64,000 bases of DNA from Octopus vulgaris (taxonomy: Eukaryota), in assembly GCA_951406725.2 (NCBI GenBank), contig OX597815.1:198958001-199022000 (forward strand). The letters run 5' to 3'. The notes beneath the pieces were generated by a model that saw only the letters and a program-made list of their open reading frames with translations, made no database searches and was not told where the DNA came from. Shown piece after piece: positions 25,078-38,097 of this stretch. Made by a program: the position numbers and the translations under genes. Position 1 is the first letter of the stretch. Each line of letters begins with the position of its first letter.

Positions 25078-25681
25078 CAATCTCAATTTCTTCAAGTACC
25101 ACTTGAAAAGGAAAGTGAGAGTAGAGAGGCAAGTTTTGTCTAGCGAATGTTTTAAAAAAAGATGGGTGAATGTAGCAAGGATGGCACGTATGAATGACGA
25201 AGCCACCTTGAGCATAATCCTATGAACCCAGAAATTGAAAACAGAGGGTTTACCCACTTGCAAACAAATGTGGTAACATATAACAATATTGACCAAGGTT
25301 ACCGTGGTCTTTTTCGTAGGCTTTTCTTCCCACGGATAAACCTTACTTGCTTTCCCCTTTACACCATATATCATAACACTGTGATACACGATCCCTATTG
25401 ATCGTTCTTTTTTTCCTCTTCCCCTTTTTTTGCCCCTTTTTTCTTCTTTTTTCATTTCTCTTTCCTTTTGTTCCTTTTCCTTTTCTTTTTTTCTTTTTAT
25501 TCTTTTTATTTTATTCATTTTTTTTGTTCTTTTCTTCCCTTTTACGATCCCTCTTGATCGAAAACCTACGCCACCCCCTTTTTTTTTCTTTTGTTTTTTG
25601 TTCTCTTCATCCCCCAAAAGAAAAGCTCTACCTTGTAAATTGTCCCATCTTTGTGCAGCCCTGTGTGGCCAATAAAGAAAC
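25078..25681 (+). mobile_element. L1/Tx1-like LINE 3' end, copy 3
   Basis: ORF end FFKYHLKRKVRVERQVLSSECFKKRW...* at 25225, then a UTR to AATAAAGAAAC, flanked by (TATC)n. Confidence 0.7.
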
Positions 25682-25682
25682 T

Positions 25683-25937
<255 letters not shown>

Positions 25938-26451
25938 GATAGAATATGAACCTGTTTCAAAAAATGTACTAGAGCCGATTAATTCAACTAAATATTCTTC
26001 AATGATTGAAACAAATAAAAGATAAAAGATAATACGTATGACTGTATGTATGCTTTTATGTACGTACCTATGTATGTCTATATATGTATGTACGTACTTA
26101 TGTATGTATACGCGCAGATTTGTTACGTTTTATTTTGATGTATAACTTCTCATGCATATACTTGCATTTCTAAACATGTCCATATATACTTAGATAATAA
26201 ACTCCTGTATGTATGTATGTATGTATGTATGTATGTATGTATGTATGTATGTATGCATGTATGTATGTATGTATGTATGTATGTATGTATATATGTATGT
26301 ATTTATGTATACGCATGTATTTATGCATGTATGTATATATGTATGTATTTATGTATACGCACGTGCATACATAGGCACCCACATATATTTTCATATAGGT
26401 GTATTCCTGTGTAGGCACATACACTACACACACACACATACACATTTATAA

Positions 26452-26488
<37 letters not shown>

Positions 26489-26489
26489 C

Positions 26490-26560
<71 letters not shown>

Positions 26561-27820
26561 CATATACATATATATATATATATATATATACATATATACG
26601 TATATACATATGTCTATGTGTGTATGTCTTTATGCGTATAGTTACACATGATGTTTGTGTATATATGTGTGTGCATGTTTGTATGTATGCGAACGACGGA
26701 CTTCCGCACAGTTTCCTTCTGCCTATACTACTCGGAGTCACATAGGTCGTTTAGTTAGGCGTACTGTAGGCGTTCATTAACTGTGGCATCAAATCTGTAT
26801 TGTATTGATTATATAAGCATTTTGGAACTCGTAGAGCAATGCGTAGATAACTAAGTCTGGCATATTGATATAAAAACTGATTGTTAAAGCAGCAATATCC
26901 CTTAAAGCAATTTCATACACACACATATGCACACGCTACTCCCACATTATACGTATTCTGTCTGCAGGAAATAGGGAGATACAGCGTGGAGCTTTTATAT
27001 GGAATTTTATCAATGGTTAGAGTTTCCTTGTCTAATATCTTGTTCTCGGTGTTTTGTCTAGAAAATTAACAAGACAAAAGTTATTTTTATTTTTATAGTA
27101 ATTGAGGACGTTGTGGGTGTTTGGCCCTAAGCAAGTTCTGGCTGAATAAAAATCTATGATGAAAGACATTGAAATGGTTGATTGTTGAGTGTTCTATTGA
27201 GAAATAGCATATTTCTATGCTACATTCTATTTATAGTCACTTTTACGACAAATGAGAGAAACCTGTGTGTGGTACACGCATTTCGATGTTCCTCGCTTGT
27301 CTGAATAAAATTGTCATAGGACGAGAGCTTCGTACAAAAGAATATTTGAATATGTGACAGGTACAGCGAGCAGTTTCGTGGACTAGCGTGACACATTTGA
27401 TTACTTATTTTACATCTTACATTTTGTTATGTCGCAATACTACACAGTGGCCGTGTGAGCTTCGAAATCCTCGTCGCCACTGTTACGTTGCACGTTCGGA
27501 TGCCTCTACTACTCAACTATACTCTACCACTCTGTTCTACTCTACTCTGTTCTAGACTTGACGTCTTGGCTTCGCCCTCTATATCGACGTATTGGGCTAG
27601 CCTACTTCATCGTCTGGGGGCGTCAACACAACACATTTGTAAATGGATTTTTTCTGAGAGGGATGAAAATAATACAGTTCATATTTATTCTGAATCTTGA
27701 AAGGGGCAAAAGCAGACGAAGAAGAAAGCGGGAGGGGGCCTAGAGATATTAACGAATGCCAGGTTTTATTCAGCAGTAGCTGGGTGAGATGAAAGATCAC
27801 CTAAGTGTTTTTATGTATTA

Positions 27821-28215
27821 CTTGCAGTATCGCCCGGCGTTGCTCGGGTTTGTAAGGGAAATAACTTTATAAGCATTTTTAGAGATGTAAAGTATAATAG
27901 CTATCTCAATATGGCTAACCACAAAGGGGGGTGTTACTGTAGCTTTTTACGTTCTGAGATTTAATAATACATTTTTAGAGAGTTACTTCCCTTATATATG
28001 CCAAAAATGCATTCAAAATGGGAAAAATTGATGGCAAATTTTTTTTTTAATCGTAGACTCATCGTAGACGCGCGCTAATGCCCAGAAGGGCTCGATATGA
28101 ATCACGACTATAAGATACCCAGTTTTGGTTAAACTGCACCGCAAAATGTGGGAGTAGTTAGGAATCTAAATCGTAGGAGACAGACAGCACACAACCTCAC
28201 TTTTATATATAAAGA
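27821..28215 (-). mobile_element. Non-autonomous Helitron H1, copy 2
   Basis: Same termini as copy 1 except CTAG reads CTTG on the plus strand; has an alternative internal segment and one unit. Confidence 0.82.
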
Positions 28216-28514
28216 TATAGTGTACATTTCAAGCTTGTGGTATATTTCTCGGCCAAACTCACCCTGTGAAGTAATTCACTTAGAGGAAGACCATTTAACT
28301 GTGAAACCTACAGGTTGTTTGGTCACCGCTGAAACCACTGTGGTCAGACTTACAAGTCTAAGATCTGAGATGGGATTGCGCGGATTGACTTTCACTTCGA
28401 AATCACTGAGAGCAAGGAAGAAGACAAACCGTGCAGCATCAAGGATGGGCTTACATTCCAACTTGAAGATGTGCTACTGTACCTCATTGTCACTGGGCAC
28501 GAAGAAACTGCCAT

Positions 28515-28555
<41 letters not shown>

Positions 28556-28595
28556 GCATTATCATCGCCACCATCATTGTCTTCACCATCATCCT

Positions 28596-28632
<37 letters not shown>

Positions 28633-28650
28633 CTGTGTGTGTGTGTGTGT

Positions 28651-28933
28651 GGAGGGGCAATGGCCCAGTGGTTAGGGAAGCGTACACCGCGGTCGGAGGA
28701 TTGCGGTTTCGATTCCCAGACCGGGCGTTGTGTGTGTTTATTTCAGCGAAAACACGTAAAGCTCCACGAGTCTCTGGCAGGGGGTGGTGGCGACCCCTGT
28801 CGTACTCTTTCGCCCCAACTTTCTCTCACTCTGTCTTCCTGTTTCTGGCGTCCCGTCCGGCTGGGTGGAACACATAAGCCATAGAAACCCAGAAACCGGG
28901 CCCTTGAGCCTGGCTAGGCTTGAAAAGAGCGCA
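28651..28933 (+). mobile_element. SINE family C, type-2 tail
   Basis: tRNA-like head; body shared with 20192; tail shared with 44347. Confidence 0.85.
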
Positions 28934-29036
<103 letters not shown>

Positions 29037-29832
29037 CCCACGTATACATACCCATGGAGTATTTAGTCGTAAGGTGTAGTTAATGCGTGTTATTTATCTC
29101 ACAGCGTAACTGCATAGGAAACAAATATTCCCTTAAGGAGAGAAAACATTTTCTTTAGTAAGTTGTATTCCCAAATAACCTTATTCAATTAGGCGGGCTG
29201 AATATAGTCACACACCCCACCTCACAACCCAATATACTGAATATACTCATACACACACACATAAGCATGTATACATACACATACACATTTTCACATGCAT
29301 ATATACATACACAAACATTTATACATGTGTACGTAAAAACACATTCATGTATACAGACTACGATTACGTTGCACTATACACTGAATTGACGTTGTTAAAG
29401 TTCTATGTATATAATAAGGAACTGACTTATCTGTGCATTACTTAATGTTTAGTAGGCGTACATCACGTCTACTTCACTAGATTTCCGGAGAGACAATGAA
29501 AAGAATTTAAAACAAATTTTAAATGGCTTCTGGGTATTTCGACGCTCTTAGTTTTTTTTGCATATTACGTGGTTGTTTTTTGCTGTCATAGTGACATTAG
29601 TTTTTTTTTTTTTTTATTACATTGACATGCGTGTTGCTAACATCAGCTATTTACGTTCAGCATCACACGTGGTAAGATTGTCCAGATGCTGGTGGCATTC
29701 ATTTTGAAGTGTATGATAGATAGTGGCGGTTGCTGTCACGCGTAGGTAACTGGATCGATATAGTAAGATTGTAAACGATTTCGTATGACCGATATATGTG
29801 GGCTTATATTATCTACGGGTAGAAGGGAATAT

Positions 29833-30250
29833 AAGGCGGTGAGCTGGCAGAGACGTTAGCACGCCGGACGAAATGCTTAGCGGTATCTCGTCTGCTGTTA
29901 TGTTCTGAGTTCAAATTCCGCCGAGGTCGACTTTGCCTTTCATCGTTTCGGGGTCGATTAAATAAGCACCAGTTACGCACTGGGGTCGATATAATCGACT
30001 TAATCGGTTCGTCTGTCCTTGTTTGTCCTCTCTGTGTTTAGCCCCTTGTGGGTAGTAAAGAAATAGGTATTTCGTCTGCCGTTACGTTCTGAGTTCAAAT
30101 TCCGCCGAGGTCGACTTTGCATTTCATCCTTTCGGGGTCGATAAATTAAGTACCAGTTATACACTGGGGTCGATGTAATCGACTTAATTCCTTTGTCTGT
30201 CCTTGTTTGTCCCCTTTATGTTTAGCCCCTTGTGGGCAATAAAGAAATAA
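29833..30250 (+). mobile_element. SINE family B dimer
   Basis: Full unit, then the junction AAAGAAATAGGTATTTCGTCTG at about 30057-30078, then a headless second unit. Confidence 0.9.
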
Positions 30251-30751
30251 GAAGTAAATATATGCCCTGCCAAGCTTATGAGTGTGGTCCAGCTGGGCTT
30301 AGGGTGGGCAACCCATTTTATCAGTGCATTGAAGTTCATTTACATGTAGCAACAATAAAGATAATTCAGGTATTCCCTTTGATTGATGCTGCGGTCTGGT
30401 GCCCCATGTTCAATTTCTAGCAGAGGGAAAATTGTCATTTACGAGCTCCATGTGTTGTGACCTGACAAGTGTGCTCTATGTGCTGTTTTAGATGTTGTAT
30501 TAAATTTTCCCCACTGTTCCCCCACATCCTTTAGAATGTCGAAAAAACCTGCCAACGTACTGTCTTCATCAAGTGGATCCAATGTAAACATAAGTCAGAT
30601 TTCTGAGAGCTGAACCAAACACTTGACCTTAAGTGACCAATGAAGGACTAAATACGGAACAGCTCTTTTGGACTTCTACACTCTCTCCGAACATCTGATG
30701 AGGTGGACGTGATAAGCACACAAACAACTGTGGGACTGAACCCGGAACCAA

Positions 30752-31381
30752 TCACTATTCTGTCCCAAAAAGGTTCATTCCTGAGACATAACAGCAAAGA
30801 AGAGCACTCATTCAATCTCTGCGCGCGATTAGACTCGGAAAGTTTGTGAGGAACACATTAACTCATTTTGCTGAGTTTTCCGATGACAAGCAGGTGTCGA
30901 TGAACAGTTGAATGACCAAATCCAAGCTTTTCTGCTAGTTCTTCAACAGCTACGATGGGATTTTGTTCCACCAGGGTTTGCAGGACGTCCTCGTCGAACT
31001 TTACAGATCTTCCAGGGCGCGGTCTGTCGTCTAGGCTGTAGTTTCCGGCTCGGAATTTCTGGAATCACCGCTGACACTAGCTTAAGCTTACTGTCCGATC
31101 CCCATATATACTGCATTAATATTCCTCGCACTTTCCACTGCGTCCTTGCTTTGCTGAACTCATGAAGTTCAATATGCTGCTTTGTCACTTCTATAATAGC
31201 TTTGAAAAAAATAACTATTAAAACAGAAATGCACTCCTCAAAAGTTGCAGTAAGAACAAAGACAAGTTAAATTTACTACCTGCTTTTATAACAAGTTGGT
31301 GCAGGTAGTTTAACCCGCGCCCCACTCCGTCTTTTAGTTCCTGCAATTGAAAAAAACCGCATTATTTATGGGATGATCGAG
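30752..31381 (-). mobile_element. Mariner transposon 5' half (HTH region of transposase, pseudogene)
   Basis: Minus strand: FQKFRAGNYSLDDRPRPGRSVKFDEDVLQTLVEQNP...EELAEKLGFGHSTVHRHL...CVPHKL (WVPHEL-like motif). TIR-like ATCATCCCATAAATAATGCGG next to TA at 31382. Confidence 0.8.
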
Positions 31382-32021
31382 TATATAGAAAACAAGCTAA
31401 ATCCAACAACGGCCAATAAGGTGTATTTTTTTCAAGCATTCCTTGAAGGATTCCTGTGACCATTATGTTTCAATAGCAGTGTCAATCAGCGAGAACTTAC
31501 TCCATGGGTTCTGTGCCTCTTTTACTGACTTTGTTACAGCCTCTGGTGTGATGTGATGCGATGCGTTTGGACTTGCGTATGTGCGTGTGTATGTGTGTGT
31601 AAAATGATTGCATGAATGGCAGCAGTGTGAAGATGGGGAGCGCTTGAGGGCTGCAAAGATCACGTCATTACTCTTCTTCTTCCTCCTCCTCCTCCACCTC
31701 CTACTTCTTCTCATTCGCCTCCTCCTCCTGCTCCTCCTCCAGCTTCTTTCAGAAAAGTTATTAAAAAACATTAACACGAAATAATATTCGGAACCCAATG
31801 AGGAGATTGACGCTACTTTATGGCGCTGTTCGGAACAGGAATAGATGGACACAAATAGTTGGGGGGAAAAAACAACAAAAAACAAAACAAACCAGAAATC
31901 AAAAAAACTAAAAAAAAAGGCAGTTGGAGGTGTAGAAATAATGGATGAGAGAGGAGGAACAAGGATATGCATGCGTGTGTGTTTATATATGTATATATAT
32001 ATATATATATACACGTGTGTC

Positions 32022-32057
<36 letters not shown>

Positions 32058-32059
32058 CA

Positions 32060-32249
32060 CGTGTGTCTGTATATATATATATATGTATATACGCGTGTAT
32101 CTGTATATATATATATATGTATATACGCGTGTATCTGTATATATATATATATGTATATACGCGTGTATCTGTATATATATATATATGTATATACGCGTGT
32201 GTATACACGTGTGTCTGTATATATATATATATATGTATATACGCGTGTA

Positions 32250-32260
<11 letters not shown>
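32060..32260. repeat. 34-bp minisatellite built from (TA)n and ACGCGTGTATCTG
   Basis: ACGCGTGT at 32091, 32125, 32159 and 32193. Confidence 0.85.
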
Positions 32261-32281
<21 letters not shown>

Positions 32282-32553
32282 CTATATATATATGCATATT
32301 TGTGTGTAAATATGTATGTATGTATTTTGTGTGTGTGTGCGCGCGTGAGTTTGCAGACGTGATTATTTATGTATGAGTGTGTTTGGCTATTTTGTTTTTG
32401 TGTATGTGTAGCTATGTGTGTGTAGCTATATCTATGCGTTTGTATGTGTTTGTGTATGTCTTCAGTGTTGTGTGCGTGTGTATGTGTGTGTTTATGCGCT
32501 CGTGTCTGTATGTCTTCATTGTTTTTGTATTTGTATTTATAAACCTGTGTTAT

Positions 32554-32598
<45 letters not shown>

Positions 32599-33202
32599 GT
32601 ATGTGTGTGTATGTGTGTGTATGTGTGTGTATGTGTGTGTGTGTCATTTTCTGCTTTTGACTGCATGTCTATATTTAGACAAGTGTTTGTGTACCTCTCT
32701 GTGAATAACATTGTATGAATGTGTATATGTGTATATATGTGTATGTGTGTATGTGTGTATTTGTGCATATGTGTCTTGAGTGTATTCCATGTATGCGTCT
32801 GCGTACGAGTTTCTGAGTGCTAGCGCCTTTATTTGCGTGAATATGTGTGTATGAGTGACTCAGTGTTTCTGTATATATATGTGTATGTGTTCGCTGTATG
32901 TGTAAAACTGTATTTGTGTGTGTATATTTATAAGTCTGGTTTATGTGTGTGTGTGTGCATGTGTGAGCATGCATGTGTGCGTACATAGGTGTCTGTGTTT
33001 ATGATCGTGTATGTGTAAATATGTTTGTGTTAGGGAAAAAATGTACGGATATCATGTGGTATTTAGACGTTCTATCGATAATTTTAGCCGCGAATTTATC
33101 AAAGCCAGAATAGAGAAAGCCACAATAACAGATGGTTAGATTGGTCGATATTATATATAGGACCGTGTATAATTAGACTCGCAGACCTCCGATGTTCATC
33201 GC

Positions 33203-33252
<50 letters not shown>

Positions 33253-33655
33253 CGACAATGGTGATGATAGGGAGGACGACGAAGACAACAACAACAACTA
33301 CAACGATGATTATGATGAGGAGGAGGAAAGGGAAAGAGGGGAGGATGCCGGCGATGACAACTGCGAGGACGACAACGACGGCTGCAACGACGATGGATAG
33401 TGGTGGTGGTGGTGGAGGTAGTGGTGGTGGTGGTGGAGGTAGTGGTGGTGGTGGTGGTGGTGGTGGTGGTAGTGGTACTGACAATAAGAAAATGGTGGAA
33501 GCGGAGGCGGTGGTTCTGATCTGATGCCCATGGTGGCAGTTGTGGTAGTGAAGATGAGAGTAGAGGTGGTGGTGGTGGTGGTGGTGGTGGTGGCGGCGGT
33601 TTGGGCGATGGTTTTTGTGGTGATGGTGGTGTTGACGATGATGACGACAATGATA

Positions 33656-33719
<64 letters not shown>

Positions 33720-33744
33720 CGACGACGACGCTGATGATGATGAC

Positions 33745-33781
<37 letters not shown>

Positions 33782-33826
33782 ATGATGACCATGATGATGA
33801 TGATGACGCTGATGATGATGACGATG

Positions 33827-33858
<32 letters not shown>

Positions 33859-33896
33859 GACGATGATGATGATGATGATGATGATGATGGTGATGG

Positions 33897-33927
<31 letters not shown>

Positions 33928-33960
33928 ATGATAATGGTGATGACGACGATGATGACGATG
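33203..33960. repeat. ~760-bp compound (GAT)n/(GGT)n/(GAC)n trinucleotide block
   Basis: Directly visible; source of the poly-His/Asp/Met pseudo-ORFs. Confidence 0.92.
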
Positions 33961-34424
33961 ATTGAATACATACAGGAGAAAAACGAGTAAACAAAAGGAT
34001 AAATAGACGAACGAATGTAAGAATGAATGAATGAATGAAAGAATCAATCAATCAATCAATCAATCAATCGATCGATGATCAAATGTATGAAAGTATGAAT
34101 AAACATCCGAATAAATGGGGGAATAAAATAGTAAGTGAATAAACTGAATGAGAGATGAATGAGTATTAAAAAGAATGAAGGATTGATTGAATAAGTGGGT
34201 GAGTGAATGAGCGAATTACCGAATGAAGCCAAGAGATGGAACAAAAGGTACGAAGGTTCGCAGACGGAGAGAGTGAGAGAGAGAGAAAGAAAGAGATAGA
34301 AAGAGAGACAGACCGACAAACAAATTGTGATTAGCTAACAGGAAAATATGCAAAGAAGACAGAAGGAATCAATTAGATCCTGGAATGCAATCAAATATAT
34401 ATATACATATATACGCAAACAAGC

Positions 34425-34455
<31 letters not shown>

Positions 34456-34468
34456 GATAGATAGATAT

Positions 34469-34532
<64 letters not shown>

Positions 34533-34626
34533 TTATATATGTGTGTCTGTGTATATATATATATATGTATGTATATATATGTCTGTGTATATATATAAAT
34601 ATATATATACATATATATATATCATA

Positions 34627-34722
34627 GGCGCAGGTATAGCTATGTAGTTAGTAGCTTGCTTAACAACTACGTTGTTCCGTGTTCAGTCCCACTGTGTGGC
34701 ACCTTGGGCAAGTGTGATCTAC

Positions 34723-34772
<50 letters not shown>

Positions 34773-34924
34773 GTTAGTGCACAATTATCGCGACTTTTTA
34801 TTCAGCAAAAACAATAAGAACATGTAACAAGAACTTCTTTAAATGATTATTCTGGAGCATATTCACCATCTACTTCAATTACTGCGTCCCATTTGCTTGG
34901 CAGGCGATCAGACATCAACCCAAA

Positions 34925-34966
<42 letters not shown>

Positions 34967-35229
34967 TGTGTGTGTGTGCATGTGTGTGTGTTTGTGTATT
35001 GTGTGTGTGTTTGTGTATTGTGTGTGTGTCTGTGTTTGACCCCCGACACCATCGCTTGACTACCGATGTTCGTGCGTTTACGGCCCCGTAACTTAGCGGT
35101 TCGGCAAAAATACCGATAGAATCAGTACTAGGCTTACAAAGAATAAGTCCTGGGGTAGATTTGTTCGACTAAAGGCGGAGCTCTAGCATGGTCACAGTTA
35201 CAATGACTAAAACAAAGAAGACTAAAGAA
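34627..35229 (+). mobile_element. SINE family A interrupted by (TA)n and a mariner fragment
   Basis: Head at 34627-34725; body and tail resume at about 34930-35229. Confidence 0.8.
34769..34910 (-). mobile_element. Mariner 3' end (TIR plus transposase C-terminus)
   Basis: TA-TTGGGTTAGTGCACAATTAT TIR-like sequence; minus strand encodes RLPSKWDAVIEVDGEYAPE*. Confidence 0.7.
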
Positions 35230-35244
35230 TATATAGATCTATAA

Positions 35245-35331
<87 letters not shown>

Positions 35332-35624
35332 CAGAGACAGACAGACAGACAGACAAGCAATCAGGCAGGCAGGCCCGGAGAGAGAGAGAGTTCTTTGACG
35401 TTTGACGACCAGAAATATGGATCACCTTGTAACGAATATTGTCGTCTCATTTTTTAATGTGCAAAGCCACTCTATATAATGTTCTTCAGTTCATTTTGTT
35501 GCTTAAATTCCAATTACACCTATGAGGGCGTGTGTCTGTGTGTGTGTATGTGTGTGTGTGTGCGTGTGTCTGTGTGTGCGTGTGTGTGCGTGTGTGTGTG
35601 TGTGGTTGTTTGGTTGGTTGTGTA

Positions 35625-35948
35625 TCCTTTCTTGTATTCTTTTATTGTTTTCGGTCATTTGGGTGCGCCCAAGCTGGAGCACCGCCTTTAGTCGAACAAA
35701 TCGAACCCCAACAGTTATTATTTGCATGCCTAGTACTTATTCTATCAGTGTCTCTTGTGCCGAACCGCTAACTGACGAGGATGTAAACACACCGACATCG
35801 GTTCTCAAGTAATGGTAGGAGTACAAACACAGGCACACAAATTCATACATATGTATACGACGGGTTTCTTTCAGTTTCCGACGACCAAATCCTCTCACAC
35901 GTCTTTGGTCGGCCCGAGGCTATGGTACAAAAGACTTGCCTAAGGTGC
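35625..35948 (-). mobile_element. SINE family A, diverged, 5' end replaced by a fold-back
   Basis: Reverse-complement match from the tail to the CORE-like segment. Confidence 0.8.
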
Positions 35949-35991
35949 CGCGCACCTTGGGCAGGTGTTTTATACCATATATATATATATA

Positions 35992-36400
35992 CTCTTTTAC
36001 TCTTTTACTTGTTTCAATCATTTGACTGCGGCCATGCTGGAGCACCGCCTTTAGTCGAGCAAATCAACCCCGGGACTTATTCTTTGTAAGCCCAGTACTT
36101 ATTCTATCGGTCCATTTTGCCGAACCGCTAGGTGACGTGGACTTAAACACACCAGCATCGGTTGTCAAGCAATGCTAGGGGGACAAACACACACACACAA
36201 ACACACACACATACACACACATATATATATACATATACATATATACGACAGGCTTCTTTCAGTTTCCGTCTACCAAATCCACTCACAAGGCATTGGTCGG
36301 CCCGGGGCTATAGCAGAAGACACTTGCCCAAGATGCCACGCAGTGGGACTGAACCCGGAACCATGTGGTTGGTTAGCAAGCTACTTACCACACATCCACT
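35992..36400 (-). mobile_element. SINE family A, low divergence
   Basis: Highly similar to the 7756 copy. Confidence 0.92.
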
Positions 36401-36404
36401 ACAT

Positions 36405-36436
<32 letters not shown>

Positions 36437-36664
36437 GAGAGAGGGAGAGAGAGAGAGATGCGGCTGTGTGGTAAGAACTTTGTACTGAACCACATGCTTC
36501 TGAGTTTAGTTCCATTGGGCACATTTATTCTATTATAGCGAAAAAGCCGCATGAGAAGATTTGGTAGACAGATACCGAAATCCACACTTCGTATCGCACA
36601 CACTCTTCGTGTGTGTGTTTCGCTTGATGATAGCATGGAAAAGTGGTCGTTAAAGCGTTGAAGC

Positions 36665-36699
<35 letters not shown>

Positions 36700-36773
36700 A
36701 TGATGATGATGATGATGATGACAATGATGATTGTGATGACAATGATATATCTATAAGTATATATGTATATGTG

Positions 36774-36804
<31 letters not shown>

Positions 36805-36911
36805 TTATATATATATATATATAGTGTAATAACTAAAATATATGCATACATACAAACATATATGTACGCACCCACATCTACATGTATATATACATGCATA
36901 TATAAATATAT

Positions 36912-36971
<60 letters not shown>

Positions 36972-36973
<2 letters not shown>

Positions 36974-37355
36974 CGGGAAAGTTTACGAAAATAAACAAAA
37001 GGCGAAGGCAGGTGGAGTACAAACGAACAAATGTATTAGTATAGTGCTCAGGAATAGAAATAGAAAAAGTCTTTTACGTTTCGAGCCTACGCTCTTCGAC
37101 AGAAAGATACACAGAAAAAAAAAACAAGGAGAGAAACAAAGAGAGAACAAAATGATATCATTCAAATTTAGAGATAACAAATGACGAAGACAGGTGAAGA
37201 AACAACAAGCAGGTGTATTAGTTTAACGCTCAGGAAGAATAGAAGCGTCTTTGACATTTTGTGTCTACGCTCTTTGACAGAAGGGATTGAGAGGTTGGGA
37301 GGGGGGGAAACGGAGAGAGAACAAAATGTCTAGGGATTAACGGTTCAACATGACG
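36972..37355 (-). mobile_element. Tandem pair of hammerhead-bearing pLTR-like units
   Basis: Unit at 36972 is nearly identical to 11307 (motif 37070-37107). The second, diverged unit is offset by ~174 bp (GAGAGAACAAAATG at 37141 and 37315). Confidence 0.7.
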
Positions 37356-37420
37356 GAATGGCCGGAAGAAAGAGGCTGATTGAAATGAAGATTAAAGAGA
37401 AATGGAAATTATACATATAT

Positions 37421-37456
<36 letters not shown>

Positions 37457-38065
37457 CACAGCCATGCACACACAGCCACGCTCATAGATATACTTACTTA
37501 TGGTGGTGTTATATATATTTATTATAATTATATAGACAGTAGTTTTGAAGTTCTGTGCGTTTCTCCATTCTTAATGGCAATGTGAGTTAAACACATACTT
37601 CAACATAACTTCGAAATCGTTTAATATAATTATACAGACACAAATAACGTATGCATAAGCAGACACGGACGTCTCAATATTCATTCATACATTTATACAC
37701 GCTTCCACACACACACACACATACACACACACACACACACACACTCACACACACACATACACATATACAAACACATGCATGCGTGTATGCATGTGTAAAT
37801 GAATGAATGAATGAATATTGAGACTGAGTAAAGAAGGGTGAGAAAAACATGAGTGTACTAGAGAGGCAGACAGACAGACAGGCAGACAGACATGCAGGCA
37901 GACAGACTGTCAGACAGACAGACAGACAGGCAAACAGACTCACAGAGAGTATACTATATGCAAAGTAGCAAAGAGAAGCTGAAAGAAAAATGTATGTACG
38001 AACACAGAGATGTGTGACGATGTTTATCAATGTGTATATGTATCTATTTTTCTATGTGTGTATGC

Positions 38066-38097
<32 letters not shown>

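Noticed and set aside
27425-27630. Possible solo LTR (TG...CA, CpG-rich)
   Set aside because: No TSD, no second copy, and no PBS, PPT or internal sequence seen.
30690-30730. CTGATGAG hammerhead half-site
   Set aside because: No stem II-GAAA or stem I partner.
33099-34051. Poly-His, poly-Pro and poly-Asp ORFs up to 292 aa
   Set aside because: Trinucleotide repeat block open in most frames; no domain or splice support.
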